DNA of 64,000 nt from Octopus bimaculoides (taxonomy: Eukaryota): positions 178,136,379 to 178,200,378 of the forward strand of contig NC_068981.1 of NCBI RefSeq assembly GCF_001194135.2, written 5' to 3'. Shown piece by piece: positions 1 to 13,601 of the stretch; positions within the stretch are counted from its first letter, which is position 1, and every line of letters begins with the position of its first letter. The position numbers were made by a program, and so were the translations under genes. A model generated the notes under the pieces. The model was not told where the DNA came from. It searched no databases and was given only the letters and a program-made list of their open reading frames with translations.

Positions 1-21
1 ATTGAAATACTTCATCTGCAC
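1..21 (-). CDS. Candidate exon start running off the window edge
   Basis: gtctttacttctcag|GTGCAGATGAAGTATTTCAAT; phase-compatible with the 1426-1481 candidate (giving ...LPGADEVFQ). Confidence 0.2.
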
Positions 22-1425
22 CTGAGAAGTAAAGACTGTATATGGCTGACAAGTTTCTAATTCAAGCAAAGTAGCTTTTCAATATTGTTTCATTGTTATC
101 AATTTAATAGAGAAGTTAGCATAATTTAATTGGCAAGTTATCAGAATCCAAAAGAAAAGGGATAGATTAAATTATGGTTTGCAGGACTGATTTAATTTTC
201 ATGTCTGATGTCAAAATCTTAAGAAGAGATGATGTACTGTAAAACTATTCAAAGTCAATGACTTGCCTCTGAGGTGCAGAGAATAACTAATGTTGGCATA
301 TAATGTCAGTAACAATTGAGAGATAAAATGCTTATTATAGGTTAGAATAAGCCAGTTCAAGTAGACATGCAACTGAATAGTTCAGGTCCTTTACTCCTGA
401 CTTATAGGTTCAAACCTGCCACAGATGCAGCTTTGTGTTCTTCAGTGAAACGCATTACTTTGCAAAACTATTATGCTGGCATCCCTTTATGATGGAGTAC
501 CTTTATGTCGGATTCTACAGGTTTGTCTCACATACAACCATTGACAAACACATGAAACGAAACCAAGATTACTGAACAATAAATATGGCTTAAGCTTATC
601 AACTTATTAGTAAAAACAAAATCAGAATTAATATTTTATCAATAGAAGTATTTTTAAAAAAATAAAACAATATTTAACTGAATTGATTAAAAAGTCTGAA
701 TAAATTACGTAATGATAAATAGTTTGTTTGTTTTTTGAAAGCTTTATAAGTTTTCATTAACAACATCATCATCATCATTTGATGTGTTTTCCATGCTGGT
801 CTGCACTGGATGGTTTGACAAGAGTTGGCAAGCCAGAGGACTGTTTATAAAGTTTTATAACTTCAAATTTATTTTGCACTAAAAGTCTTCTTTGTCTACA
901 ATTTCAGTAATTAATAATAATATAATCAAAAATGTTCCAATTCACAATGCAACTTTGAAAACTTATGCCAGAACTATAAGTTGAACTTACAACATAATTT
1001 TCATTAGTTTTCTAACATTCTATCAAATGGGTAAGTAAACATGCATCTAAGGGCAGTCATACCACAAAAGTCTTTCCAAGAAGTTTATAGACATTTGAAA
1101 TGTTCATTTTTATGCATACCATATTCTAACCATTAAGATGAAATTATAAGCACCTATGAATGTTATCGTACACAATAATTAACATTAATCAGAAAGCAAT
1201 AAATAAGTACAATACAGCAAAGATAAAGTCTACCAATATGGGTAGCAGACTGAATTCATTGCACAGTTTAACATTCCCCACAAAACCCTTGGGTGCCATT
1301 AGCAAAGTTTATTCTGCTGCATGTATTCCAACCAAGCCTCTGAGCTGAGGATAACTTGATATCTTTATATTGCTGATTCCTACTGTATCAGTATATATGG
1401 GTTGTGGTTTCTTCTTCCTATTCAC

Positions 1426-1481
1426 CTGGTAGTCTCAGAAGTTCTGCCAAAAGTAAATAGGTGCTGTCCTGCTTCCTCTGG
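1426..1481 (-). CDS. Candidate 56-nt internal exon of an unidentified minus-strand gene
   Basis: ttctttttatatatgcttatgttttag|CCAGAGG...CTACCAG|gtgaat; open frame QRKQDSTYLLLAELLRLP. No homology recognised. Confidence 0.3.
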
Positions 1482-3345
1482 CTAAAACATAAGCATATAT
1501 AAAAAGAACAGGACCTCTGATGAGATTTGAACTTATTGTTTACTTGATAACCACATTATCTATAACAATTGTTTGAGGAAAGGAAATGGCAGAGGCTACT
1601 GTAGTAGTTCCTGTCATTTTCTTTCCTCAAACAAAGTACTATAAACTGTTGCTCCTGCCACTTTAACTGATGTTGACTGACAACTTAAGATTTAAAATAG
1701 TACACTTAATACAGTAGAAACAATTTATGTTACTTTATTTGAGAAGAAGAAATAAGCCTACATAATAGTGCAATTGGTAATGTGATCGCAATAGATATCT
1801 ATGGTTCCGATATTGTCGATAGGACTGCTGCTCTTTTCTGTTCTCAAAGCAAGCAATATCATTAATATTCTAGTTTGTTAAGTAATTAGGAAGTAACATT
1901 GAGGAGGGAGACTTTGTAGCAGCATAACTAACTCTGTAATAGACAGCTAGTAAAGTGATGAGTAACGAAGAATTTTTCTCCTGCTAACAGAAATGATCAG
2001 CAAAATATAGCTGAAGTCAGTTCAATTAATTATAAGAACTTCTAACAAAATTGGCTTTCTGCCTAGTCAAATGAAGTCATCACCAACATTGTTGTATTTT
2101 CTCCTTTCCACTTTTCCATAAATCTCCCATTCCAGACTAATTTAATAAGACTGCACCACCACCACCACCACCACCACCACAACCACCATCATCATCATCA
2201 CCATCACCATCATTATTATTATTATTATTATTATTATTACTAGAGTAGTAGAAACAGTAGAGCGGTACACTAATTGCTTAACAGTAATTAGTTATGTCCT
2301 TCAAAGTTCTGACTTTAAATCTTGATAGAGTTGACTTTGACCTTCGTCTTTCTGTAGTTGATACAATAAATACCAGGTAATGGGTTCAGAATTGATTTTA
2401 TTGATGGTCTCCTCCACCTTCCAAATTTTTTACTTTGTACTAATATATGAAATTTTATTATTGCGATTATCTTAGTAAGTTTAGTCTATTACACTTTACC
2501 TAAGATGCTCAAGAAGTTTTAAAAATAAATAAATAAATAAATAAAACAGTGGTGGTATCATCACTGTCACCATCACCACCACCTCTATTATCATCATTAT
2601 TATGTGTCCATTTATTTATACTGGTATCAGTTAGATGGATCTCTCCCAGCACAGTGTCTCATCACTTATCACAGTCCTTCATCATCTGATATATAAACAA
2701 CAGATAAAACTGCCAATCTTTGGTGTGTTTGTTGTGTTAAGGTGTGGCTTTTGTGGCTGGATGCTCTTCCTACAAACCTCTTTGCAATATGAATTAGGGT
2801 GCATTTTATCATATCACCAACACTGAGAGATTGTCTAACAAGCCTGAAGTATATCTGCTGTAGTGTATCAGTTTTTATTCAGCTATCTGCTAGCAATCAT
2901 GACTGCCCTCATAATTTATTTAACTGCTATCCTCTACAAATACTTTTGAATGTTTAAGGTATACATACTTATAAAAGCTGCTTCCAGGGTTTTTTTTTGT
3001 TTTTTTTTTGTTTTTTTTCCCCCCTTTATAAAGAGTTGCTAGTTTTTGAAAGTTACCAGAAACTCTTGTTAGCAGTAAATAAGTCAGGAGTCACAACTAT
3101 TTCTCAGAGGTAAGAACAGGTCAAGGCAGGTATGAGTCATGGTCCTTACAATGGCTGGCCAAAATGACATCAGAGAGTCTAAGGAAGCATTCACCCTCAA
3201 CATTGCGAGATAGAATAATTTCTTTCAGGGTGTTCTTTGGCTCTATTGAAAACTCGTAGCACAGGGCTACCCATAAAAATATATATGGATTTCTAAAACA
3301 TTTTACATATAATGTAGAAAGAAGAGCTATGAATGTGTGTGTGTG

Positions 3346-3664
3346 TTTTTTTTTTTTTTTTTATGCGCCCTTTTAAATCCTAGCCAGGCACATGGGCCCG
3401 GTTTTCCGGTTTCTATGGCGTATGTCCCCCCCCCCCACAGCTGGACGGGATGCCAGTCCATCGCAGCTTTACTCAACAAACAGGAAGAAAGAGTGAGAGA
3501 AAGTTGGGGCGAAAGAGTACAAGGGTCGCCGCCACCTCCTGCCAGAGCCTCGTGGAGCTTTAGGTGTTTCCGCTTAATAAACACACACAACACCCAGTCT
3601 GGGAATCAAAACCACAATCCACCGACCGCAAGTCCGCTGCCCTAACCACTGGGCCATTGCGCCT
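3346..3664 (-). mobile_element. tRNA-derived SINE with poly(A) tail (family D here), apparently young
   Basis: Minus strand starts AGGCGCAATGGCCCAGTGGTTAGGGCAGCGG (Pol III A box) with GGTTTTGATTCC (B-box-like) and ends in an A17 tail (T run 3346-3362). CpG-rich and inserted in a CA/TG microsatellite. Confidence 0.85.
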
Positions 3665-5127
3665 TCACACACACACATATATGTGCATGCATATATGCCT
3701 TCCCAACAGAAAGATCTAAATGAAGACTATCAACTCAAACACTGGCAGCAATATTGTAATGTGCAGTTATGTGTGAAATTCTTTTGGTTTGTGGTAACTA
3801 CTTTTGTCGTGAAAACAATGGCAGCAAATTGAAAGACAATGCAAAATTAAAACTCTTCAAGATACACATTTCATAATAATTTTAATAAATAACAAATATA
3901 ATAATTTTAGTTTTAAATGATTTTAAGTATGAGATAAAAAAAATAACACTGGTGTTCACATAATACACACAGAAACACACACATACAAATATAATTTTTC
4001 ATTCTCCTATTCCTTCACATATTTTATAAATTGCTTATTCTATCACTCTCTATTCGTCAAACTACTAGCTTATGAGACATAATTGGTATCAACACATAAG
4101 CATTCATAGATATAGGGAAACACACAGAGAACACATTCACAAATATTATGAGAGGCTTCTTCACAGTTTCTAAGTACTGGATTTCATCTGTGAATGACTG
4201 TGGTTTGAATATTCATCAGCATAGGTTTTTAAAAATCTTTTTAATTATATTTGTTTTAGCATTTTATTTTTAAAATTAGTCTGCCAGTTTTTATGTTTTG
4301 AACATCAGAATCTGGAGCAAAAATTTTCATCTAAGAAAAACATTTTTTTTTTTTTTAAATTTTGGAAATTGATTAGGTTTGAGGGATTTACAGCAGCAGT
4401 ACTCCTTCTTTTTTTCTTTCTTTTTGATGCTATTGTATATAAATATATTTCATTTGCATTTTAAGTGTAAAAATAAATTTTGTTTACATTTGAAAGTGTT
4501 AGTTATTTCACTTTCTGAGAATTTAAAATGTCGTTTCAGGATGAAAATGAAAACATAAACAGAATGTATTTATATACAGAAGAAGAAAGAAAAAAAACTA
4601 AAAGAAATGCCCGTTTTTTCCTTTTTTAATTTACAGTTTCTGAATTCAAGGCAAAAACCTGAGGACTATTTAAAAAAAAAAGCTTAATAAAAGTTTGAAG
4701 AGGTTTAAAAAATTCCATGGTATGGGTTTTAAAAAATCCATGTGAAAACAAATATATATTCACCATTGACTTCTATGTCTTTGGAGATGATGGAAAATAC
4801 ACAATCAAACGTCTATATACACCTGTAAAAGTATACACACACATACAGGCACCAACCTCAAATTAGTATTGTTTACAAACATATACCTACACACAAAAGC
4901 ATATGAGTATTCTCTAACTTATCTCAGCCATTAGACTGCAGATATGGTGGGAAATGGACTTCAAGGATTTTAGTTGATCAGTCAAGATACTTATTTTAAT
5001 GGCTTCTGTTTATTGAACATCTAATTTACCTTTTGGTATAAAGGTAATCAATTCAATGTACCATTTTATGCCAGCATAACCAAACATGAACATACATGCT
5101 TGCATGGAACGCATGTGCACACACTCA

Positions 5128-5185
<58 letters not shown>

Positions 5186-7269
5186 CATATAACAGGCTTA
5201 CTCACATTTTCCATCTCACAAATTTCATTTCCTAGATATTGATAAACACAAGACTGAAGTAGAAAACATTTGCACAAAAACTCATGCAGTAGGATAGGAA
5301 TCTAACTTGGAATGCTGTAATTACAGCATGAACTTCTTGACCATAAGGCTATATCTGCAATTGTTTATGCACATGTGCGCATACATCTGTGTGATTGTGT
5401 GCATACAGAGACAGAGAGATAAGAGAAAAGGATTACAAAGAGAGAGATATACCACAGACAGTAACAAAAGTGCAAGACTGTTTATAGGAGATTCATTATA
5501 ACCTTGAGTAATAATATTTTATCTATCTCATTGTTTAGTTTGAAAATACAACAATCCCATTACATAAATAGTTTTCAATTATTGCTGGTTGAAGATCAAA
5601 ATAGTAATTTGGTTTTTACAACTGATGTCCAAATATCAAACTGGGGTACAAGGCCACAAATTTGAAAGGAAGGGGGAATGGAATGTCTTGAGAGAATTGA
5701 AGACTTAAAATATTTTGGAATCATTGAGAGATTAAATATTGCTCTACTTCATCCAAACAAAAGTTTTTTTTTTGAGGTTCAAGTTGTTACCAGGTAGGCA
5801 TATGTTTTCTATCACAGTAACACTTGAAAGAGAAAAGTAGTATTCACATGAAATGTACTGACTTTGTATTTATTTGTTTGTTCTACACAAATGAATTTAG
5901 AATCAGAATATAAATAAAGCTAGAATCGGAGAATCAAGTGGTGTTAGGTTGGATGTGGTTAACCAGCATACAGTTTTCTGAGAAAGAAATCTTTTAAATT
6001 AGCATATGTATCCACATATACATATCATATGTATGCACATACTCACTCAGTGTCAAAAACTACATACAATAAAAGCAAGTTCTTAGTAGTCTGTATCTAT
6101 AAGTTTTAACATGGAATGAGCTAATTTTCACTTTAAGCATATTTATTGCTAATCGCATTTTTGAAAGGCATGGACATTGCAATAGTTATCATCTCTATCT
6201 GCACTTGTATTGTCTATTTGTGCATAACTACATATAACAAAAAAAAAACAAAAAAAAAAAACACTTGCACAACTATATGAAAAACAAAACTATATATGCA
6301 TGTACATTTATGTATGCATTTGCATATAATAACAAAACAACTAACACAGTGTCGTTATGGATAAATATGTAAACAGAAATCACAAAAACATATTTGAAAC
6401 TTGTAGACAAACAGTAGCAGCTTCAGTAACTGAATGTGTGACCAGTTTTGGACTGTGCGACTAGTTTTGCCTTTCTTATGGGTCATTATATTATGTGGGT
6501 AATTGTTTGATTACATTTTTCTTCAGAAGATATATTCTTTTTAAATAACAATTTGGAAGTAAGGTAAGCAGGCCCTGGTCAACCATAGTAAAGACAAGAC
6601 TAATCGAATGATAGTCACTTTCAACTGCCAACTCTGGTTTTCCATGGGTTATATTTTTGCAGCTTGAATAAATATGTTTATTAAGCCAATTGTATATGAT
6701 TTCTGCATATATATATATATATTGCATGCATGAGTGCATGCACACACACAGTGTGTGTGTGTGTGAGAGAGACAGACAGAGCGATTAAGCAGACACTTCA
6801 AAATTACTGCCAAGTTTTACTTTGTAAAAATTGTGTGTCTGTGTGTGAAGTAGAGAGAGGAAGAAGGAGGAAAAGAGAGAGTCTGAAGAAGGTGATTAAG
6901 TAAAATCTTCAACATCACTGTTAACCTCTTCCTTGTGTGTGTGCATACAAGAGCACGATACTTGCTTTTATGTATCTAACTGTATAGAAATGGCTATATT
7001 GCTTGCTCAGTGGGATCTTTTCTATTTTATTTAAAACAGTAAGGTGTAATTTGAGGGAATTTTGGCTACTACTTCTAATAGTTTGAATGGCTGTGAAGTA
7101 CAGATTTTTTTTATATTCCCTTTTCCTTTCAGTCATTGGACTATGAGAAATCAATCAAACTGACCTGCCCCCCTCACAAACATACTTTTCTTTTAAAGTC
7201 TAATACTTATTTTGTCAGTCTCTTTTTGTCAAAACACTAAGTCACATGAACATTAACAAGAACATTAAC

Positions 7270-7324
7270 AAATACCAGTTGGCATGTAATGAGACTGTCT
7301 CTCACTGCATGCCAACTAGTATTT
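7270..7324. repeat. Compact hairpin, 25-bp stem and 5-nt loop
   Basis: AAATACCAGTTGGCATGTAATGAGA-CTGTC-TCTCACTGCATGCCAACTAGTATTT; two mismatches and one G.T pair. Confidence 0.8.
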
Positions 7325-7352
7325 AAAGATGCATGCACATACATACAAATAC

Positions 7353-7391
<39 letters not shown>

Positions 7392-7460
7392 TATAGTGTG
7401 TGTGTGTGTGTGTGTGTGTACACGTATGTATGTACTTACATATATATTACAATATATATA

Positions 7461-8320
7461 TACAGGGGTTGGACAAAATAATGGAAACACCTAGTGTTAT
7501 AGCATCATAATTTTGAAATATCTATAAAACCGTCAAAAGCTTGTTTATTTTTATGTTTTTCGATTTATTACGAGTGTTGCTTCATATGTTTTGCTAAAAT
7601 TGCTGTTCCTTTTCAGATATCATCAGAAAAAGGTAATTAAAATTCCTTAAAATGACAGAGCTATTGGACTTTCAAATAGGTCAAATTGTTGGTGTTCATA
7701 TGGCAGGCGCTAGAATAACGAAAACAACCAAAATGTTTGGAGTATCAAGAAATACTGTCTCGAAAGTAATGACAGCCTTTGAAAAAAAGAGAAAAACCTC
7801 CTCATTGAAACAAAACTCCGGAAGAAAGCCAAAATTTTCAGATAGGGACTATTATGCGAATTGTCAGAAAGGATCACAAAAATACAGCTCCCAAATTTAC
7901 TGCAGAGCTTAATGGCCACCTTGAGAACCCAGTTTCCACAAATACCGTTCGCCAGGAGCTGCACAAAGCTGGATTTCACGGGAGGGATGCAATCAGAAAA
8001 CCACTACTTTCAAAAACAAATGTTGCAAAGCATTTAGAGTGGAGTAAAAACCTACAGAATTGGTCCCTAGAGCAGTGGAAGAATGTTATTTTCTTGGACG
8101 AGTCACCCTTTGCCTTATTTCCGACCATTAGCCGAGTATACATGTGGAGACAGCCAATGAAGCATTTGACCCAGACTGCCTTCTTCTGTTAAACATGGAG
8201 GAGGATCTGTGATGATCGGGGGGTGGAGGGATGTATCTTGGAAATCCACTGGCCCAATGGGTTCCCTCCATGGCAGAATTAATAGTCAAGACTATTTAAG
8301 CATTTTATCTGATCAAATTC
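7461..8320 (+). mobile_element. Tc1-family DNA transposon, 3'-truncated (left TIR only)
   Basis: TA at 7461-7462 followed by the Tc1-type terminus CAGGGGTTGGACAAAATAATGGAAACACC, then a transposase remnant from 7652. Homology stops abruptly at about 8320 and no right TIR was found. Confidence 0.9.
7652..8320 (+). pseudogene. Tc1 transposase pseudogene (paired-like HTH, first catalytic Asp only)
   Basis: Three frames join up: MTELLDFQIGQIVGVHMAGARITKTTKMFGVSRNTVSKVM...SGRKPKFSDRD / MRIVRKDHKNTAPKFTAELN...RKPLLSKTNVAKHLEWSKNLQNWSLEQWKNVIFLDES / VKHGGGSVM...GPMGSLHGRINSQDYLSILSDQI. GRKP, RKPLL, W..VIF.DES and VKHGGGS are Tc1 motifs. Frameshifts lie near 7850 and 8160-8190; the second D and the E are missing. 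Confidence 0.9.
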
Positions 8321-8495
8321 CTGTATATATGCACATGTATATACATGCACAGTTCCCATATATAAATTCAATGGAAAAGCCCACTGGGATCTTATAATAC
8401 AACACACTTGCCCAAGATTCCACACAGTGGGACAAAATTCAAAGTTATAAGAGAGAAATGCAAAAAAAAAAATTTACTTCCGTGTGTTACATAAA

Positions 8496-8497
<2 letters not shown>

Positions 8498-8578
<81 letters not shown>
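8498..8578. repeat. (AG)n microsatellite
   Basis: Uninterrupted AG dinucleotide run. It is one of dozens of microsatellites, e.g. (CA)n 18405-18477, (TG)n 10690-10759, 21978-22057 and 27743-27812. Confidence 0.98.
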
Positions 8579-8580
<2 letters not shown>

Positions 8581-8589
8581 CTATAAGGA

Positions 8590-8950
8590 AATGCCACTAA
8601 TTTGTAAAAGAAGAATTAATGGAAAAACTTTGAAAAAAATTGATAGCTTTAAATATCTGTGAAGCCACTGTAAAATGGAAAAAAAAAAAAAAAAGACATC
8701 AAAGAAATTAAATCAAGGATTGGACAGGCCAAAGTTGCTTAGGGTGAGATCAAATATATTTTGTCAAATAAATAGCAATCAATAAGGGAAAGGAAGTAAA
8801 AGTTCTACAGGCACACATAGAACCTATCCTTACATATGATTGTGTGACTGGAATAACAACCGACAAGTGTAAAAGCTGCAGAGATGTTCTGGAGAAGAAT
8901 GTCTTGAGATGTCCTGAGCAAATAGAGTGACAAATATGAAAGTCCTCAGA
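8590..8950 (+). mobile_element. RTE/BovB-like LINE fragment, RT C-terminal region, degenerate
   Basis: Broken translation NGKTLKKIDSFKYL...KEIKSRIGQAKVA...KVLQAHIEPILTYDC...AAEMFWRRM...ANRVTNMKVL resembles the RTE region (FKYLGS...EIKRRIAMAK...LLYGCETW...AAEMWFYRRM...RVTNEEVL). Confidence 0.7.
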
Positions 8951-9808
8951 TAAGTAAAAACCACCAGAAAGTTCTCAACAACATAAGGGGGAGGGGAGGA
9001 AAGAGGCTCAGTTCATTGGCCAACATATGATCGAAAAAGGGTAAACCTTGAGTACAGGAGAGAATTAGGCAACTGGAAGGAAAGCGAAACCAGGAAACCT
9101 AAGCAGAAGATACCTGATGACTTTACTAGCTGGCTTAATATTGCTATACACATGTACAAGATACAGGATAGCAGTTTCATACTTATACAAGAATAACAGG
9201 GGAAGCAACTGAGAGCCAAGTGTATGTCTGTGTAGATGTATATCGACATGTCATTCAAGCATGCATGTGAGCATGTGCGCATGTGTGACACTGTATGTAT
9301 GTATTTATGCAGGAAGGTTATCTTTGGGGCTGTGTGAGCATGTTTCTATTAGCATGTAGGTGGTGTGTGTGTGTGTGTGTGTGTGTGCACGCGCGTGTGT
9401 GAATGCATGCGTGCATGCAACTGTGAAGTGTGTTATACTTGAAATTCTTTGTAGATATTGCTTTTTATAGGGAATATGTGTGTATGTGTATGTCATTGTT
9501 GTGAGTGTGTGTGTGTATATTTTATTGTTGTATATGTTGGTTAAGCCTAATGTGTATAGCTGTTAGTGCATGCTTGTATGTTTGTAGCCTAGTGCATATA
9601 ATTCTATATATGCCTAGTGCATGTAGCACTAGTGCATGTAGCACTAGTGCATATAATTCCATATATGGTCTATGTATTTGATTTTCTTTGCAGCTGTGCA
9701 TGTATGTGTGTTTCTTTTAGTGTATAGGTGATGAGTAAATACACATGACCATGTGAAAGTAGGAAGTATGTGAGTATACTTGGGATTTTTTACAAGTTGT
9801 GTAAATGG

Positions 9809-9846
<38 letters not shown>

Positions 9847-9920
9847 NNNNNNNNNNNNNNNNNNNNNNNNNNNNNNNNNNNNNNNNNNNNNNNNNNNNNN
9901 NNNNNNNNNNNNNNNNNNNN

Positions 9921-9956
<36 letters not shown>

Positions 9957-10547
9957 AGTTGATTCATGTATGTGTATTGCATGGGTGTGTGTGAATGTGT
10001 GTGTGTGTGTGTCCCCTTGCATATGAACTCTCTCTTGCTTTACTTAATTTAAAATGAAGACAATAACCTGAATACACTACCTAGAAGTAATATAATGAAT
10101 TGTCTATAAATAATATAATGAAATGTCCGTCATGCAGAAACATGTTCCTAGACACATTTATAAAGGAAAATATGGAATTTTGAATAAATGTATATTTAAC
10201 TGTATAAACATAATACCCTGAAAAAATATATTTTCCACTTCTTCACTGGCTTGACTCCCTTACAAAAACAAAATCAAAAAGAAAAGAAAATGAAATGGAA
10301 CTACTAATCAACATATTGTTCTTTTGAGGGGAAAAAAATGTAATCGCCAACAAAGGAAATTTGAACATATGACAACGGTCATGGGATGTAGAATAAAGAG
10401 ACAAATCATTGTCATAAAGCTACATTAGAATTTAATGTATGTGTGCAACCAACTCACCAACAAGACACACCAGCACTGAGAAAAATGGCTGACACTAACA
10501 AAAACAGATAACAGAATACTTTCCATATCACACACACACACACTATA

Positions 10548-10591
<44 letters not shown>

Positions 10592-10686
10592 NNNNNNNNN
10601 NNNNNNNNNNNNNNNNNNNNNNNCACAGAAATAAACAGGGAGAGAAAATAAAAAAGGTTTAGTGACTAAATTTTCATTAGAATTAT

Positions 10687-10764
<78 letters not shown>

Positions 10765-10991
10765 ATGCACTCATGTATACTGCACACTAATTATGGGTAG
10801 AGAAATTACAGGCAAAATATACCTTGCATATTATATGCACTAATTTCATTAGAATTATAATGTATGGAAAATGGAGATTAGTCAGATTTATTATAGTTGC
10901 TGTATAAGATACATTGTAAAAGTTCACAAATCCTAAACAGAACAAAAGTGATTTTTTAATACAATAGTAAAGGGGTTCAGTAGTGCCTTAA

Positions 10992-11222
10992 TGTCACAAC
11001 TGGCAAACATGGGTTCCAAGGAATTACTGCCATCAACATTCTGTATGAAAGGCCAGAATATAACACTTTCATTATTGAGAAATGTAAACACTTTCCTTGT
11101 CTGAATATGTAGATAAAACAAAATACTTGAAATATTCAATACTGAAAGTGTTTACATTCTGAATTATGTCTTTTATAATGATGGCAGTAATTCCATGGGA
11201 CCCATCTTTGCCAATTGTAACA
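10992..11222. repeat. Imperfect inverted repeat (44-bp outer arms, 39/44 identical; 15-bp perfect inner arms)
   Basis: 10992-11035 versus the reverse complement of 11179-11222; AATGTAAACACTTTC (11081-11095) versus GAAAGTGTTTACATT (11144-11158). Confidence 0.85.
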
Positions 11223-11874
11223 ATTTTAACATTACATTAAACGATATATCCTACATTATCTATGGAACAATGTATTGATTGGAAGGTCATGGCTAGAACA
11301 CATTCATGTTATAGTGTTTTGAAGCAAGATATTAAAACAAAATTTTAAGATGTACATGTTCTTGTAACAACATATATACACAAACTAAGATATGCAGCTG
11401 CGTATAAACAGAAACTAATAACATTTGATCATTTTGTTATTTCTGTTTTACTTTTACATTTTGTTTCTGAATATTTTAACAGTATTAGTAAATAATAAAC
11501 AAGCTTGATTAATATGGTCTGTGACGTGAGCATACATATGAAACAAAATGAACACTTAATATATTATCACTATACTATAGAAAAATGTAACAACAGTTTA
11601 AACTCATTGTTATACATCATTTAGCTAGTACAATAACTAACTGACTTCTGGTTATGCCACCTCGACTGTGGTCACACATGTCTGGAAGAATACATAGCAT
11701 TTAATTTTTGTGTACTACTAATTTTTAGGTTTAAAAAGTGTTTATTTCATAGGAATAAATGTGTGCATATATGAGTACACACACACATACATATACTTTT
11801 ATACTTATACATATATATGCACGCACATGCTTATGCACACATGCACACACACACACACACACAGTGTATGTATG

Positions 11875-11921
<47 letters not shown>

Positions 11922-11949
11922 TCTCATATCCTCTGCACTGAAGGCTCAT

Positions 11950-12880
11950 GTCTTACTATCATGCAGCATCACAGTTCTAATATAAACATCATATAATCTG
12001 CCCTTCACCCTGAAAACAAATAAAGACCTCTGTTGCCTACAACAGTTATAGCTCCTTGAAATTTCTCTAACCTATTTTTGCCATGGCTGCTATACTTTCA
12101 AAGCAACCACCTACCCTGCTAATTACATCTCCTAGGTAACAAAAGCTTCTAGTAAACTGTCCAAGAATTTAAGAGAATCTATTTCCGCTGTGCTCATGGT
12201 ACATACTGTTCAAGTGCATCTAACACATATGAACATACAAAGCTTACATTTTCTGTTAGTCTATGTATGATTCCACTATACCTCTTATTTGTTGCTAGCT
12301 TACAATGGGTACAGCATATGGTAATTAGACCTACTCCTTTTCTGCATATCAAGCAAGGCCATTTCCCTGAAGACACCAGGGATTTATCTTTCCTACTCAC
12401 AAAAACCTTTGTCTTTGGTAAGTTTACCTTAAGACCTCTCCATTCTAGGTTTAGCTTCTAAGCTGGAAACTTCCTCCCTAATTCCCTTGCAGATTCAGCT
12501 ATGCAAAGGAGTTCCCATTGTTAGCCATTGACAGTGTTGGCTTATTGGACTATGATGACTAGGCGAGGACTGAAGAATGAACCTTGATGAACTCTTATCC
12601 TCACACTAAATTCTAACTAACTGCATCTTTGTACTCAGTTCGTACAGCCCTCACAAGCCATTCATCTCTATCTAGTTCCCTTAGTGATCATCAAATTACT
12701 GAACATGGCACCCTACCAAATGCCTTCTCTAAGTCAACAGATGCCAGCAATGGTGGTTTACTTATGGCCAAGTACTTCTCCTGCAGTTGATTCACTAGGA
12801 AGAATGCATCTGTGGTGCCTCATCTAGGCATGAAGCTAAACTGCATCTCAAATAGGTCCAACTCTATCATGGATCTTCTT
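11950..12880 (-). mobile_element. RTE-clade LINE fragment (RT domain plus Cys-rich post-RT segment), degenerate
   Basis: Minus strand reads MQFSFMPR*GTTDAFFLVNQLQEKYLAISKPPLLASVDLEKAFGRVP (RT core, DLEKAF motif) near 12870-12710, and SGKWPCLICRKGVGLITICCTHCKL (ORF 12194-12400). Confidence 0.85.
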
Positions 12881-13503
12881 ATGAAATAGTTTGATTCCTC
12901 TATAATTTCCTCTCTCTCTAAAACTTTGCCTTTGGAACAGTTTATGACAGTTGTTATTTATGACAGTTGTCACAGTCCAAGTCAGTTGTTATTTAGACTT
13001 ACTTCTCCTTAGATGGGTTAGAGACTATGTTTTGTTGTATGTTGCATTTTTGGCTTGGTTTTTACAGTTGGATGTTCTTCAGCAATTGTATTTTGCAGTG
13101 ATTTATGGTGAATATGTTCCAGTACAGATATTGTGTGTGGTGTGTGTTTCTAATGATATTCATACTCCACAGAGAGGGGGGGGGGTCATTGTAGTTATTA
13201 AGTGTAAATTTGTTGTGCATGTACCTCTAATCTTGCCTTCAATGATGCTTACAATTCAGAAATAATAGTAAAAGCTGCATCACCTGGACTATAAAAGAAT
13301 ACCATTTTGAACAGAAGTGTAATAGATATTTAACAACCTTTTCCACACAAGATCTGTGTTCATTAGTTGCCAATGGCTTACAGTCAGGCTGACTGAATTT
13401 TAGCCAATTTTCTTGGTTAGCAGGAAACACAAGGTATTAGTATGTCTTTAAGATAGTAATTTATATAATAAATAATATATACACACACAAATATATATGT
13501 ATG

Positions 13504-13534
<31 letters not shown>

Positions 13535-13550
13535 TAAAGAGAGAGGGAGG

Positions 13551-13601
<51 letters not shown>

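Noticed and set aside
3337-3645. 102-aa ORF (and the 88-aa opposite-strand ORF)
   Set aside because: Lies entirely within a GC-rich tRNA-derived SINE.
3600-3664. tRNA-like sequence with A and B boxes (also the SINE A and C heads)
   Set aside because: SINE heads continuing into repeat bodies; no complete cloverleaf, so not called as tRNA genes.
6527-6563. Plus-strand 37-nt exon-like segment (ttttcttcag|...AAG|gtaagc; DIFFLNNNLEV)
   Set aside because: Good splice signals but isolated, with no compatible plus-strand partners or homology. It shows that such pseudo-exons arise by chance here, which also tempers the minus-strand chain.
9585-9655. Short tandem CTAGTGCATGTAGCA units, and a 22-bp doublet at about 43152-43200
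   Set aside because: Two to three copies only, with no unique spacers; simple slippage duplications, not CRISPR-like.
13239-13430. 63-aa minus-strand ORF with a possible CAG|GTGATG donor
   Set aside because: No convincing acceptor, phase does not fit the neighbouring candidates, and no recognisable domain.
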